From: Scyliorhinus canicula
Taxonomy: Eukaryota
Direction: 5' to 3'
DNA length: 64,000 bases
Assembly (NCBI RefSeq): GCF_902713615.1
Contig: NC_052171.1
Coordinates: forward strand, 13,271,958-13,335,957
The notes under the pieces were generated by a model. That model saw nothing but the letters and a program-made list of their open reading frames with translations. It was not told where the DNA came from and searched no databases. Position numbers and translations under genes: made by a program. Positions 30,460 through 43,354 of the stretch are shown in pieces (the first letter of the stretch is position 1; each line of letters opens with the position of its first letter).

Positions 30460-30745
30460 CGGCGGCACGGTAGCATAGTGCTTTGCGTTGTTGCTTCTTA
30501 GCGCCAGGGTCCCAGGGTCACTGTCTGTGCGGAGTCTGCACGTTCTCCATGGGGGTATGCGTGGGTTTCTTCCGGGTGCTCCCGTTTCCAACCAGAAGTC
30601 CAAGAAAACGTGTTTTTCGATGAATTGGACATTCTGAATTCCCTCTGCTTGTACCCGAACAGGCGCCGGAATGTTGTGACAAGGCTGTCACAGAAACGTC
30701 ATTCCAGTGTTCATGTGAGCCTACTTGTGACAATAATAAAGATTA
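30460..30745 (+). mobile_element. SINE with HE1-type head and central domain but the 3' module of the other SINE family
   Basis: GGCGGCACGGTAGCATAGTG head and GTCACTGTCTGTGCGGAGTCTGCAC body, followed by CCCGAACAGGCGCCGGAATGT...GCCTACTTGTGACAATAA as at 5820-5895. Confidence 0.65.
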
Positions 30746-31149
30746 TGATGGTTTTATTTTCAAGGAGTGAATTATGCTCTTTTGAACAAACTCGTTCCCC
30801 TGTCAACACACTGTAATCTATCGGCTGAGATGTTAAACCGAAGATTTGGGATTCCCTCCGGTGTCCGTGGGTGCGTGATATGTCCCTCAATTGAAAGCAT
30901 AATCAGTGTCAAAAACATGTTATCTTGTGTGTGATCTTGCTGTGCACAAATACCGCTGTGGCGACTCATTCCAACACCAACTATAATGTGCCTTATCGGT
31001 TTAGTTTATTAATACAATTTCAGAAAAGATTATGAGAGTTTGCAAAATATTATACTTGACTCTACATCATAAACAGACTTTTAAAATGTAAGACATTATC
31101 TTAGTGCGATAATGTATTCAAATGTTGAAGCTTACCATGTTCCTAACAC

Positions 31150-31488
31150 GGGCAGCACGGTAGCATTGTTGATAGCACAATCGCTTCCCAGCTGCAGGGT
31201 CCCAGGTTCGATTCCGGCTTTGGTCACTGTCTGTGCGGAGTCTGCACATCCTCCCCGTGTCTGCGTGGGTTTCCTCCGGGTGCTCCGGTTTCCTCCCACA
31301 GTCCAAAGATGTGCAGGTTAGGTGGATTGGCCATGCTAAATTCCCTTAGTGTCCAAAATTGCCCTTAGTGTTGAGTGGGGTTACTGGGTTATGGGGATAG
31401 GGTGGAGGTGTTGACCTTGGGTAGGGTGCTCTTTCCAAGAGCTGGTGCAGGCTCGATGGGCCGAATGGCCTCCTTCTGCACTGTAAAT
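31150..31488 (+). mobile_element. HE1/V-SINE-like SINE
   Basis: Full consensus head, body and tail. Confidence 0.88.
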
Positions 31489-32189
31489 TGTGTGTGTGTT
31501 ATCCACAAATACATAAGGTTGTAACTATTTATAGACTTTTGTAAATTAATATTTATTACTTATTTATGGGATGTTGACATCGCTGACTGTGCCAGAAATT
31601 ATTAACCATTCCGAATTGCCTATTGAACTGAATGGCTTGCTGGGTCATTGACGGCTATGAAATCGGGAAGAGATATAAAAAAATATGCCGTTAATTTGAA
31701 AATTAGACAAAGTTGCCAACAGTACGGATATCAGAATATGATTCAAGTAATATATTCTATTCAAAAATTTAAAGAAGGTTGCAAAGAAAAGTTGAAAATT
31801 GTTCTAAATATGAGGAAAGTGTTTCAGATTATTATTTTAGAGTTTAAGTGTAGTCCTGGGAGTAGTAGGTGTTGAAATAGTAAGGTAATTATCATTTGAC
31901 AACTCCCAGAATACCTAGAACAATAAACAGGTGAGGTTGCAGAAGGTTTCAACATAGGAATATTCGAAGATGCGAATGCAAAGCAGGAGAAAGGCATTCG
32001 GCACTTCGAAACTACACTACAATTTAATAAGATCATGGCTGATCTGAAGTTAAGCACAATTCCACATCCTGGCATTCCCCAATAAACATTCACTCATTGT
32101 TAATAAACAATCTGGCCAACCTTCAAAATATTCAAAGATTCTGCTTCTTCTGCCTTTTGAGGAATGGATTTCCAGAGACTACATTTTAA

Positions 32190-32405
32190 AAATAATTAGA
32201 GAGCCCGATTTTTTTTCCAATCAAGGGGAAATTTAGCGTTGCCAATCCACCTAACCTGCACATCTTAGGGGTTGTGGGGTGAAAGCCACACAGACAGGAG
32301 GCGAATGTGCAAAATCCACATGAACAGTGACCCAACGCCGGCATTCGATCACGGGTCCTCAGCGCCGCAGGCAGCAGTGCTGACCTCTGTGCCATGTACC
32401 GCCCC
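32190..32405 (-). mobile_element. Short SINE of the HE1-related family (A/T-tailed variant)
   Basis: Reverse complement of GGTCACTG..TGTGGATTTTGCACATTC...CACAACCCC.AAGATGTGCAGG. Similar copies at about 34070-34200 (-), 54362-54580 (+) and 55018-55248 (+). Confidence 0.7.
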
Positions 32406-32857
32406 CTATTTGCACTGACTGGTGAACATCGACATGAAAACAAGCCGGCCCATATCCATCTTATATGAGCAACGCCTTATGACCCGATAACTTGACCCCG
32501 ATTCCAAAACTATCCGTCAAGAGGAAATATCGACTCCATATCCACCCAATCAATACCCTGAAAGATCTAAAAGGTTTTGGTAAAGTCGCTTCTTACACCT
32601 TTAAACTCTATTGAACGAAGAACAAAGAACAAAAGACAATACGACACAGGAACAAACCCTTCGGCACTCCAAGCCTGTACGTTTAATGATAGCAACCTTT
32701 GTCAAAACCATGAGTCCTTCTTTCTGCCTTATCCCTCTTGACGAATCCTATCCTTGTGTTTGTCAAGATGCCTTTTGAACATCGGCAATGTGTTTGTTTC
32801 GACAACCTCCACTGGCAACGCGTTCCAGGCACTCACCAACCCTTGATTTCATTCATA

Positions 32858-33200
32858 GAACATAGAACAGTCCAGCCCAGAACAGGCCCTTCGGCCCTCA
32901 ATGTTGTGCCGAGCCATGATCACCCTACTCAAACCCACGTATCCACCCTAGACCCGTAACCCAACAACCCCCCCCCCCCCTTAACCTTACTTTTATTAGG
33001 ACACTACGGGCAATTTAGCATGGCCAATTCAACTAACCCGCACATCTTTGGACTGTGGGAGGAAACCGGAGCACCCGGAGGAAACCCACGCACACAGGGG
33101 GAGGACGTGCAGACTCCACACAGACAGTGACCCAGCCGGGAATCGAACCTGGGACCCTGGAGCTGTGAAGCATTTATGCTAACCACCATGCTACCCTGCT
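32858..33200 (-). mobile_element. HE1/V-SINE-like SINE
   Basis: Near-perfect reverse complement of 5940-6328, with poly-C where that copy has (GGC)n. Confidence 0.9.
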
Positions 33201-34475
33201 GCCCCTGCTGCCCCGTTGACGACGTTAGTGATACAGCTGAGATTTCCGACAACGGACAATAATTTTTCCTCATTTCATTCCAGATTTTGTTACATGCCAC
33301 ATATCACCATCTTCCATTGCATGTTTCCAATCCGGGTCCCCAGAAGATGGACTGATCGGTTGGCAAATGGAATCTGATTATGAGAAGACCGATTGTGAGA
33401 AGAATGCAGATGATGTTGATTGGTAGATTACTGTCATTACTTGAACAGGAAACCAGGCTGATTGGGAATAATTCAGCGCATTTCAGTCATTGATTGTGTT
33501 CAGCTGAAACAAGTGGAATGTTCCAATGTTATTATTCATTACATACACTACTGATTTCATTGCTATCCGAATATCACAATTGAGTCTGAACTATTTCCTG
33601 CTTTGTACACAAGTGAGTGAAGTGCGATATGAGTTTAGTAAGACTGTGATGCTGAGTGCTTATGCCTTATGTCCTTTAATTTGGCCTGCCGTAGGGAAAA
33701 AAATATGTCCCAGACCAAACGAAGATTACCAGTGGGTCTCTCCCTCTCGCTCATTGCATATATTGGAAGCTGCATCCATAACGCCCTGTTCATTTAAAAT
33801 AGAGAAAAGTCTATCCACACTAAACCTGCTTCAGATCATCAAGGTACGTTTCAGCGTATTTCTGACTAATTTCTGAAGGCAATGCCTTGAACAATCAGGT
33901 GGAACTTGTCTAGTTAAAATTTCAACCAACGTTTAACAATCATATGTTAGTCATCGTCCACTGGTGTATTCTTGAGAACGACGAACGTCCACTTCCATAT
34001 CAACGAGTAATCTCGTCTGATGGAGTGAGGTATCTAATTCCCTTCCTTTTTCTATAATTTATACTACTCAATTCATTTTTTCCAATTAAAAGGCAATTTA
34101 GCGTGGTCAATCCATCTACCTTTCGCAGCTTTGGGTTGTGGGGCCGAAACCTACACAAACACGGGGAGAATATACAAACTCCACACGTAGAATGATCCAA
34201 ATCCGGGATCTATTATTATCTCCTTTGTATTCTCATTGATTATATTTTATTATTTTTGGTCTGTTGGCCCCTAAACTGAACGTTTCTTTAAGCAGAGGGC
34301 TAAAGCTGAAGTAGCCTGCTCGTCAGGACAGTTTGTTCCTGGTTTAATATCGTAGAGAGGACAAAACAGACTCATCAGCGACAAGTGAATCTTGAGAGCC
34401 GGCTTTGGAAGAAGATGATTCGATTGGCTGGCTGGAAATCTATGGAATGGCCAAGGGTAGCTTTAGTCATGATAC

Positions 34476-34503
34476 CTCTCTCTCTCTCTCTCTCTCACTC
34501 TCT
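34476..34503. repeat. (CT)n microsatellite
   Basis: Direct run ctctctct... with one interruption. Confidence 0.9.
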
Positions 34504-34802
34504 CTTTAACGACCCGCAAACAACAGATTAATAGGACAAATATGACGCCTGGGCCAGTGTGTAGTGAATTCCAGCCAATTTGCACAGTCGCAATACAACA
34601 CAAATTAACAAATAATTCTTAGGAATTGGTTAAAATTCTGTATTCTGAACGAAAACAGGTCATGTTGGGTCCTGTCTGGTTGGGATGATTTTCAGGGAGC
34701 CATGGGACTAGTGGGGGGGCTGGTTGCTGAGAGACTGGTACCTGTTCTTTCTCTACTGCTCTCTGTCTCTTTCCCCTGTCCTTTATGCAGACCAGCAGGA
34801 TA

Positions 34803-35203
34803 GCTGATGGACTTGAGGTTGTTTTTGTTAGAGAGAAGAAGGTTAAGAGGTGACTTAATATAGGCATAAAAAATGGTCAGAGGGTTAGATAGGGTGGACA
34901 GCGAGAGCCTTCTCCCGCGGATGGAGGTGGCTAGCAAGAAGGGACATAGCCTTAAATTGAGGGGTAATAGATATAGGACAGAGGTTAGAGGTGGGTTTTT
35001 TACGCAAAGAGTGGTGAGGCTGTGGAATGCCCTACCTGCAACAGTAGTGAATTCGCCAACATTGAGGGCATTTAAAAGTTTATTGGATAAGCAGATGGAT
35101 GATAAGGGCATAGTGTATGTTAGATGGCCTTTAGTTTTTTCCATGTCGGTGCAACGTCGAGGGCCGAAGGGCCTGTACTGCGCTGTATCGTTCTATGTTC
35201 TAT
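34803..35203 (+). mobile_element. CR1 3' fragment (same subfamily as 9379-12375)
   Basis: LMDLRLFLLERRRLRGD, RGLDRVDSESLLPRMEVAS; (TTCTATG)n tail. Confidence 0.9.
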
Positions 35204-35773
35204 GAACACCATAACCCTAAATCCCTTTATTCTTCAAAAAACAATCTATCTTTACCTTAAAAGCATTTAATGAAGGAGCCTCTACTTCTTCACTGGGCAA
35301 AGAATTCCATAGATTCACAACCCTTTGGGTGAAGAAGTTCCTCCTAAACTCAGTCCTAAATCTACTTCCCCTTATTTTGAGTCTATGTCCCCTAGTTCTG
35401 CTTTCACCCGCCAATGGAAACAACATGCCCGCATCTATCCTATCTATTCCCTTCATAATTTTATATGTTTCTATAAGATCCCTCCTCATCTTTCTAAATT
35501 CCAACGAGTACAGTCACAGTCTTCTCAACCTCTCCTCATAATCCAACCCCTTCAGCTCTGGGATTAACCTCGTGAATCTCCTCTGCACACCCTCCAGTGC
35601 CAGTACGTCCTTTCTAAGATAAGGAGACCAAAACTGAACACAATACTGCAAGTGTGGCCTCACTAACATGTTGTACAATTGCAGCATAACCTCCCTCGTC
35701 TTAAACTCCATCCCTCTAGCAATGAAGGACAACATTCCATTGCCATCTTAATCACTTGTTGCACCTGTAAACA
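35204..35773 (-). mobile_element. CR1 3' fragment (same subfamily as 57768-59851)
   Basis: [49 protein letters not shown]; tail-to-tail with the plus-strand copy. Confidence 0.9.
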
Positions 35774-35829
35774 AACCAAACACCCCCCCCCCCCCAGCTC
35801 AAGCTCCCACCACTCTGTGCGATGATTAC

Positions 35830-36132
35830 CGGAACAAACCACACTGGCGTCTTCCTTGTGATCACAGTCAGCTTGAGGCCACAACGATAAAGGACAATCT
35901 GAGAGACTTCCGCTGCACATCACCTCATCAAGCCAGGTCGTACCGTTACCCTGGCCAAAAGCGGCCCCTCCTGGGGCCAATAGAGGTGGACCACACGCCA
36001 ACTGCCTGCACACTACTCTGGCATCGTTCATATCCCAGGAATCATCACATACCGTGCCCCAAGTGTTATTACACAATATCACCATTCTCCCGGAGCATTT
36101 GGTGTCACCTCCAGCCAACCGCAAGGTTTGTC
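35830..36132 (-). CDS. SRCR (group B-type) domain exon, open frame; part of a decayed CD163/WC1/DMBT1-like gene
   Basis: ttcag|GACAAACC...TTCCG|GTAATC, 303 nt, phase 1-1. Reads [45 protein letters not shown]...[17 protein letters not shown]...[12 protein letters not shown]; appears shortened after CSG. Confidence 0.85.
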
Positions 36133-36363
36133 CTGAATTTGTCAAAGAAAAGGCAATTATTACACTTGACGTGACACAAGCGCAGAATATTATCAGGTAG
36201 CGGTCATAAAAGATGAAGGAGAACCTGATGCTCCACCGCAGTCTTTTAGACCATCGAGTGGTTCCTTCATTGGGCTTCCCCCTGTTGATCAGACAGACAT
36301 GTTGAATGCAGATGACATTAATATTTGAAATTAAATCTGCAAAAGAAAGATCAATTGTGTCAC

Positions 36364-36680
36364 CTAAACAAACAATACCCGCATCCTCCGATGATAACAG
36401 TCGTGATGACCACGCGGGTCTGCCTGACATTGCCAAAGGGTCGGCTCATGTGACAAACACTTGATCTCATTGAGCCAAATATGTCCGGATCCCATTCCAA
36501 ATAACCGAGCGTCATAGTTAATGAAATCGGTGGTGCCGCACTCCAACTGTTTACAGATCACATTTGCATCACGGGTCTCCAATTTTTCAGAGCACACTGT
36601 GCCCCAGGCCCCATTGTAGAACACTTCCACTCTCCCCTCACAGCGATGCTTTCCATTAACCAGACGTAGCTCTTTGTGCT
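36364..36680 (-). pseudogene. SRCR domain exon with a 1-bp deletion near its end
   Basis: tttgatag|AGCACAAAG; reads EHKELRLVNGKHRCEGRVEVFYNGAWGTVC...DANVICKQLECG...[30 protein letters not shown], then EDAGIVCL in a shifted frame; 317 nt to the donor (318 needed). Confidence 0.85.
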
Positions 36681-37644
36681 CTATCAAACAAATAACAAAC
36701 ACCCAGTTGATTCAATTGACCAATTGTGGACCACAGAGCACTGCAATAGATCTGTTGCACTAGCTGAGTTAACATTTTCATAGATATTATTTCAGAAAAT
36801 TAACTGAAACGAGCAGCTGAAATCAAACGATACATTCCATAATAAGTAACTGTGACTTCCAACACAGACATGATGTACTGCATTGAATGACGAGGAAACG
36901 TTGCAGTAATGGTAGGCGGACCAATGCGTTACTTTAAATTTACTTTAAATTAGCCTGGATTGTCAACAGAACTTTGACACCTTCCCTCATTGTTAACTCA
37001 GGTCAGAAAATGAGAAACCAGCGAGTCAGTAGGAACGTTGCTTTAAAATTATCTGTAAATTATTACATTAGTTAAATAGCAGAAGTTCGAACGGGATGTT
37101 CACATGGATTGGTGCTGGTGTTACAGTTCCTGAAGATAAACATCAACTACTCGTACTTTGCTCTCGGAAGTAAAAGTTCCAAATTTATACGAGGCGGAAA
37201 ATGATGTGAACAGTTAATTCTGAAGAGGACTGCACAATATATAACAGACACGATGGGCCGAGAGGTAATTTCTGTGTTGTGGATCTCTGTGACCCTGTTA
37301 CTGCCACCTATTGTACGAGTAAATTTCACAGCGAGTTCAGGAGAACGTGTTTTACTTCTGATTGCGAGAGAGTTGGAACAAATTGAAACTCAGAAAACAC
37401 AAGCTACTTGAGACCGACAGCACAGATGTTTTTACACTGAGAGGATAAAAGAAAATGAGAGGAGAAAGAATCGGAAGGGAAAATAGATCCGGTAGGCTGA
37501 CCCAACGTTTTAATGCAATTTGTGCACAGAATAAAAGGCACAGAATGTGTTCGTCCGACTAACCTCCGTCAGTGCTTTTCCGACCAAATTCGGGGACATA
37601 TCTTCAGTATGAAACTTCGCTTATAACTGAAGGAAATAAGACTT

Positions 37645-37755
37645 TAACGTGAGCACATGATCTCCACATCTTCTTTATGATTACAGTCGTGGTTCCCCCA
37701 CAATGCATGAGAGCATTGCCAGATAGACGATTCGTTCCCGGAGCAGTCCAGGATC
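37645..37755 (-). pseudogene. C-terminal remnant of a third SRCR exon
   Basis: LDCSGNESSIWQCSHALWGNHDCNHKEDVEIMCS; the 5' part is replaced by a SINE remnant (about 37757-37900). Confidence 0.75.
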
Positions 37756-38229
37756 GATTACGGACGTGGTTCACCGTCTGTGTGGAGAGTTCACATTCTC
37801 CCCGTTTCTGCGTGGATCTAACCCCCTGAACCCCAACATGAATAACGTATGGTGAATTGGTCACGCTAAATTGTCCCTTAATTGGAAAAAATGTTGGTTA
37901 CTCTTAATTTATTTGATAAAATCTGCACCGTGGATTTCGGGATTGACCCATTCTCTGCTGGATAGAACGTTTCCCCCGCAATTGTCTATTTGTGCTCATT
38001 AATTAGTCCAAACACAATCGCTTATAGCAAATATTTTATGTTATGTTTTGCACTGCATGCTGATTTGCCACCCATATTTCATCAGATATCGTCATAACGT
38101 TCTTATCGGTACAAATCAGAAAATGTTCAGTGGGCAGGCACCATTCTTGAGAGAAAACGCGGCCTGACCGCAGGAACACTGACCCTACCCGCGAAAGGAC
38201 CACCATTCCTCCTGAAATTCCTGCAGAGG

Positions 38230-41200
38230 GCAGCAGAGCAGAGCTACTGATCAGCTGTTCTGGGGAAATTTGCATAAGTGCAGTGCGGTCAGTCTAATTT
38301 GAAGGTGTACCTGCGAAGAAGACCCGAGGAGTTTGAGTGAAGGCAAGCATCCAGCAGATGGCAGCAGAGCAGAGCTACTGATCAGCTGTTCAGGGGAAAT
38401 TTGCATACGTGCAGTGCGGTCAGCCTAATTTGAAGGTGGTTTGTGGAGGGGCTGTTGTCAAGTGACAGTTACCCAGGTGCAAGTGTACGTGATGTCTCGG
38501 ATTGTGTTTTCCGGGTCCTTAAGGGGGAGGGGGAGCAGCCCCAAGTCGTAGTCCACATTGGCACTAACGATGTAGGTAGAAAAGGGGCCAAGAATGTTAG
38601 GCAGACCGTTAGGGAACTAGGATGGAAGATCAGAGCGAGAACAAACAGAGTTGTTATCGCTGGGTTGTTGCCCGTGCACGTGACAGTGAGACGAGGAATA
38701 GGGAGAGAGGGCAATTAAACACGTGATTAGATGGATGGTGCAGGCGGGAGGGATTCAGATTTCTGGATAACAGGGGCTCTTTCTGGCGTAGGTGGGACGT
38801 CTGTAGGCAGGATGGTCTACATCTGAACTTGAGGGGCACCAATATACGGGGGGGGGGGGGGAGATTTGTTAGTGCTCTTTGGTGGGGTTTCAACTAATTC
38901 AGCAGGGGCATGGGAACCTGGATTGTATTTTTGGGGTGCGGGAGATTGAGAGTATAGAGGTCAGGAGCACAGATTTGACTTCGCAGGAGGGTGCTAGTGT
39001 TCAGGTAGGTGGTTTGAAGTGTGTCTACTTCAATGCCAGGAGTATACAAAATATGGTGGGGGAACTGGCAGCATGGGTTGGTACCTAGGACTTCGATGTT
39101 GTGGTCATTTCAGAGACATGGATAGAGCAGGGACAGGAATGGTTGTTGCAGGTTCCGGGGTTTAGGTGTTTTAGTAAGCTTAGAGAAGGGGGAAAAAGAG
39201 GGGGAGATGTGGCGCTGCTAGTCAAAAACAGTATTACGGTGGCGGAAAGGATGCTAAATGGGGACTCTTCCTCCGAGGTCGTATGGGCTGAAGTTAGAAA
39301 CAGGAAAGGAGAGGTCACCCTGTTGGGAGTTTTCTATAGGCCACCTAATATTTCTAGGGATGTAGAGGAAAGGATGGCGAAGATGATTCTGGAAAAGAGC
39401 GAAAGTAACAGGGTAGTTGTTATGGGAGACTTTAACTTTCCAAATATTGATCAGAAAATATATAGTTCGAGGACATTAGATGGGTCGTTCTTTGTACAAT
39501 GTGTGCAGGAGGGTTTCCTGACACAATATGTTGACAGGCCAACAAGAGGTCAGGCCACATTGGATTTGGTTTTGGGTAATGAACCAGGCCAGGTGTTAGA
39601 TCTGGAGGTAGGTGAGCACTTTGGAAACAGGGACCACAATTCGGTGACCTTTACGTTAGTGATGGAAAGGGATAAGTATACCCCGCAGGGCAAGACTTAT
39701 AGCTGGGGAAGGGCAATTGTGATGCCATTAGACATGACTTAGGATGTGTAGGTTGGAGAAGTAGGCTGCAAGGGTTTGGCACTCTGGATATGTGGAGCTT
39801 GTTCAAGGAACAGCTATTGCATGTTCTTGATAAGTACGTACCTGTCAGGCAGGGAGGAAGGGGTAGAGCAAGGGAACCGTGGTTTACCAAAGAAGTGGAA
39901 TCTCTTGTTAAGAGGAAGAAGGAGGCCTATGCGAAGATGAGGCGTGAAGTTTCGGTTGGGGTGCTTGATAGTTACAAGGAAGCGAGGAAGGATCTAAAGA
40001 GAGAACTAAGACGAGCAAGGAGGGGAGATGAGAAGTCTTTGGCACGTAGGATCAAGGAAAACCCAAAAGCTTTCTATAGGTATGTCAGGAATAAAAGAAT
40101 GACTAGGGTAAGAGTAGGGCCAGTCAAGGACAGTGGTGGGAAGTTGTGTGTGGAGGCTGAGGAGATAAGCGAGATACTAGATGAATACTTTTCGTCAGAA
40201 TTCACTCAGGAAAAAGATAATGTTGTAGAGGAGAATGCTGAGACCCAGGCTATTAGAATTGATAGCATTGAGGTGCGTAGGGAAGAAGAGTTGGCAATTC
40301 TGGACAAGGCGAAAATTGATAAGTCCCCGGGGCCTGATGGGATTTACCCTCGGATTCTCTGGGAAGCCAGGGAAGAGATTGCTGAGCCTTTGGCTTTGAT
40401 TTTTATGTCATCATTGGCTACAGGAATAGTGCCAGAGGACTGGAGGGTAACAAATGTGGTCCCTTTGTTAAAGAAGGGGAGTAGACACACCCCGGTAACT
40501 ATAGGGCGGTGAGCCTCACGTCTGTTGTGGGTAAAGTCTTGGAGAGGATTATAAGAGATGCGATTTATAATCATCTAGATAGGAATAATATGATTATGGA
40601 AAGTCAGCATGGTTTTGTGAAGGGTAGGTCATGCCTCACAAACCTTATCGAGTTCTTTGATAAGGTGACTGAAAGGTAGACGAGGGTAGAGCAGTTGATG
40701 TCGTGTATATGGATTTCAGTAAAGCGTTTGATAAAGTACCCCACGGTCGGCTATTACAGAAAATACGGAGGCTGGGGATTGAGGGTGATTTAGAGATGTG
40801 GATCAGAAATTGTCTAGTTGAAAGAAGACAGAGGGTGGTGGTTGAAGGCAAATGTTCAGAATGGAGTTCAGTTACCAGTGGCGTACCACAAGGATCTGTT
40901 CTGGGGCTGTTGCTGTTTGTCATTTTTATAAATGACCTAGAGGAGGGTACAGAAGGTTGGGTGAGTAAATTTGCAGACGACACTAAAGTCGGTGGAGTTT
41001 TAGACAGTGTGGAAGGATGTTGCAGTTTGCAGAGGGACACAGATAAGCTGCAGAGCTGGGCTGAGAGGTGGCAAATGGAGTTTAATGTAGAGAAGTGTGA
41101 GGTGATTCACTTTGGATAGAATAACAGGAATGCGGAATATTTGGCTCATGGTAAAATTCTTGGCAGTGTGGATGAGCAGAGGGATCGCGGTGTCCATGTA

Positions 41201-41858
41201 CATAGATCCCTGAAAGTTGCCACCCAGGTTGATAGGGTTGTGAATAAGGCCTATGGTGTGTTGGCCTTTATTGGTAGAGGGATTGAGTTCCGGAGCTATG
41301 AGGTCATGTTGCAGCTGTACAAATCTCTGGTATGGCCGCATTTGGAGTATTGCGTACAATTGTGGTCGCCTCATTATAGGAAGGACGTGGAAGCTTTGGA
41401 ACGGGTGCAGAGGAGATTTACCAGGATGTATCCCGGTATGGAGGGAAAATCTTATGAGGAAAGGCTGATGGACTTGAGGTTGTTTCCGTTAGAGAGAAGA
41501 AGGTTAAGAGGTGACTTAATAGAGGCACACAAAATGATCAGAGGGTTAGATAAGGCGGACAGTGAGAGCCTTCTCCCGCGGATGGAGGTGGCTAGCACGA
41601 GGGGACATAGCCATAAATTGAGGGGTAATAGATATAGGACAGAGGTAGGTTTTTTACGCAAAGAGTGGTGAGGCCGTGGGATGCCCTACCTGCAACAGTA
41701 GTGAACTCGCCAACATTGAGGACATTTAAAAGTTTATTGGATAAGCATATGGATGATAATGGCATAGTGTAGGTTAGATGACCTTTAGTTTTTGACTTCC
41801 CATGTCGGTGCAACATCGTGGGCCGAAGGGCCTGTACTGCGCTGCATCGTTCTATGTT
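38230..41858 (+). mobile_element. Near full-length CR1 LINE: duplicated 5'UTR unit, partial ORF1 (SGNH/esterase-like) and disrupted ORF2
   Basis: Unit GCAGCAGAGCAGAGCTACTGATCAGCTGTTC..GGGAAATTTGCATA.GTGCAGTGCGGTCAG.CTAATTTGAAGGTG occurs twice (about 38230-38310 and 38360-38438). YPGASVRDV...QPQVVVHIGTNDVGR is the esterase block. ORF2 pieces 38879-41671 are closely similar to 9754..12471; (TTCTATG)n tail. Confidence 0.92.
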
Positions 41859-42146
41859 CTATGTTCTCTAAAGGTTCAGAAGATCCATGTTATTTTAAGA
41901 CAGAAAGATTTCTCAAATGCCTTGCTGGGAAACCTATCTTGCTCCCTTCAAAAACACTACTGCAAACACCACTTACTTAAGTGAACCGCGCTAACTTAAT
42001 CTTACCAAGAATGCCCTCCCCAATTACTTTCCCTCACACACTCCCCCCCCCGGCCTACCAAAATCACCTATTTGATCAATACTGCACTCTCGTCCAACAA
42101 TATAATTTATCTTTAGAATATCATTGTCATGCTCATATACAAAAGG

Positions 42147-42488
42147 GTCAGCATGGTAGCATTGTGAAGAGCACAATCGCTTCACAGCTCCAGGGTCCTA
42201 GGTTCGATTCCGGCTAGGGTCAGTGTCTGTGCGGAATCTGCACATCCTGCCCGTGTGTGCGTGGGTTTCGTCCAGGTGCTCCGGTTTCCTCCCACAGTCC
42301 AAAGATGTGCAGGTTAGGTGAAATGTTAATGATAAATTGCCCTTAGTATCCAAAATTGCCCTTAGTGTTGGGTGGGGTTACTGCGTTATGGGGATAGGGT
42401 GGAGTTGTTGACCTTGGGTAGGGTGCTCTTTCCAAGAGCCTGTGCAGACTCGATGGGCTGAATGGCCTCCTTCTGCACTGTAAATTCT
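42147..42488 (+). mobile_element. HE1/V-SINE-like SINE
   Basis: Full consensus. Confidence 0.85.
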
Positions 42489-42519
42489 GTGATCTATAAG
42501 TCCCCCATACTTAATGAGG

Positions 42520-42860
42520 AGGCGGTCTCGTGGTCGTATTATTCCTGGACTACTAATGCAGAGGCCTGGGGTAATGCTCTGGGGTCGCGGTCTCGAATCC
42601 CACCTTGCCAGATGGTGGAATTTGAATTCAACAAAAAGCAGTTATTGAACGTCTATTGATGACCATGTCACCATTGTCGACTGTCATAAAAACCCATCTC
42701 ATTCACGAATGCACTTCAGGGAGGAAATCAGCTGTGCTAACCCACTCTGACCTACATGTGACTCTCTTGCCCCACACACCAATGCGGTTATATCTTAACT
42801 TCCCCCAGTCTGAAATAGTCTCGCACTCCCCTCAGTGCAAGGGCAATTAAGTTTGGGTAA
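42520..42860 (+). mobile_element. Ancient SINE (SacSINE1/DeuSINE-like)
   Basis: GGTGGAATTTGAATTCAA...GACCATG..ACCATTGTCGA.TGT..TAAAAACCCATCT..TTCAC.AATG Deu-domain-like sequence, recognised from memory. Confidence 0.55.
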
Positions 42861-43354
42861 CAACTTGTGGCCCAGACAGCGACGCCCACATTACAAGAAC
42901 GAAATGAAAAAAATCAACGGTCCCGACATTGGCTTTTGACAGACAATATCAGAATTTCTTTAGAGAAACTTCTCTGCTCCCTTTCAGGTGCGCTGTTGAA
43001 ACGTACCCCTTTGACAAATTCATTTGTCACCGTTGTCATTGGTCCTTTTTGGCTTAATATGTGTTTACTGGTGGGCGGGACCTAAATATTTATAATGTTG
43101 TTCAATCTGTCAGTATGGCCACAAAATGTTTTTTCTTGTTGCACATGTTCTGTTCTTCATCCTGGCGCCAGTGTTAAATAACTAGTCCACACGCCCCTGA
43201 GGAAAAAATGACATATTCTCTTTGCCCATTACACAAATCCTATTATATTTCAGCCAAAGTGACCTGTTTATTCACCTGAACACAGAACTCCTACGTCGAT
43301 GCTGTCAGGGTGAGGCGGATTCGGTGGGAATGAGCTGCAGTTCCAGATATGCGA

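Noticed and set aside
29691-30476. Cluster of overlapping GC-rich ORFs
   Set aside because: They fall inside a non-autonomous TIR element, where stop codons are rare because of base composition.
33270-33840. Possible cytoplasmic or Ig exons of the SRCR gene (DYEKTD..; GRYGCSFQY)
   Set aside because: The motifs are too short, are interrupted by stops and have no consistent splice phase.
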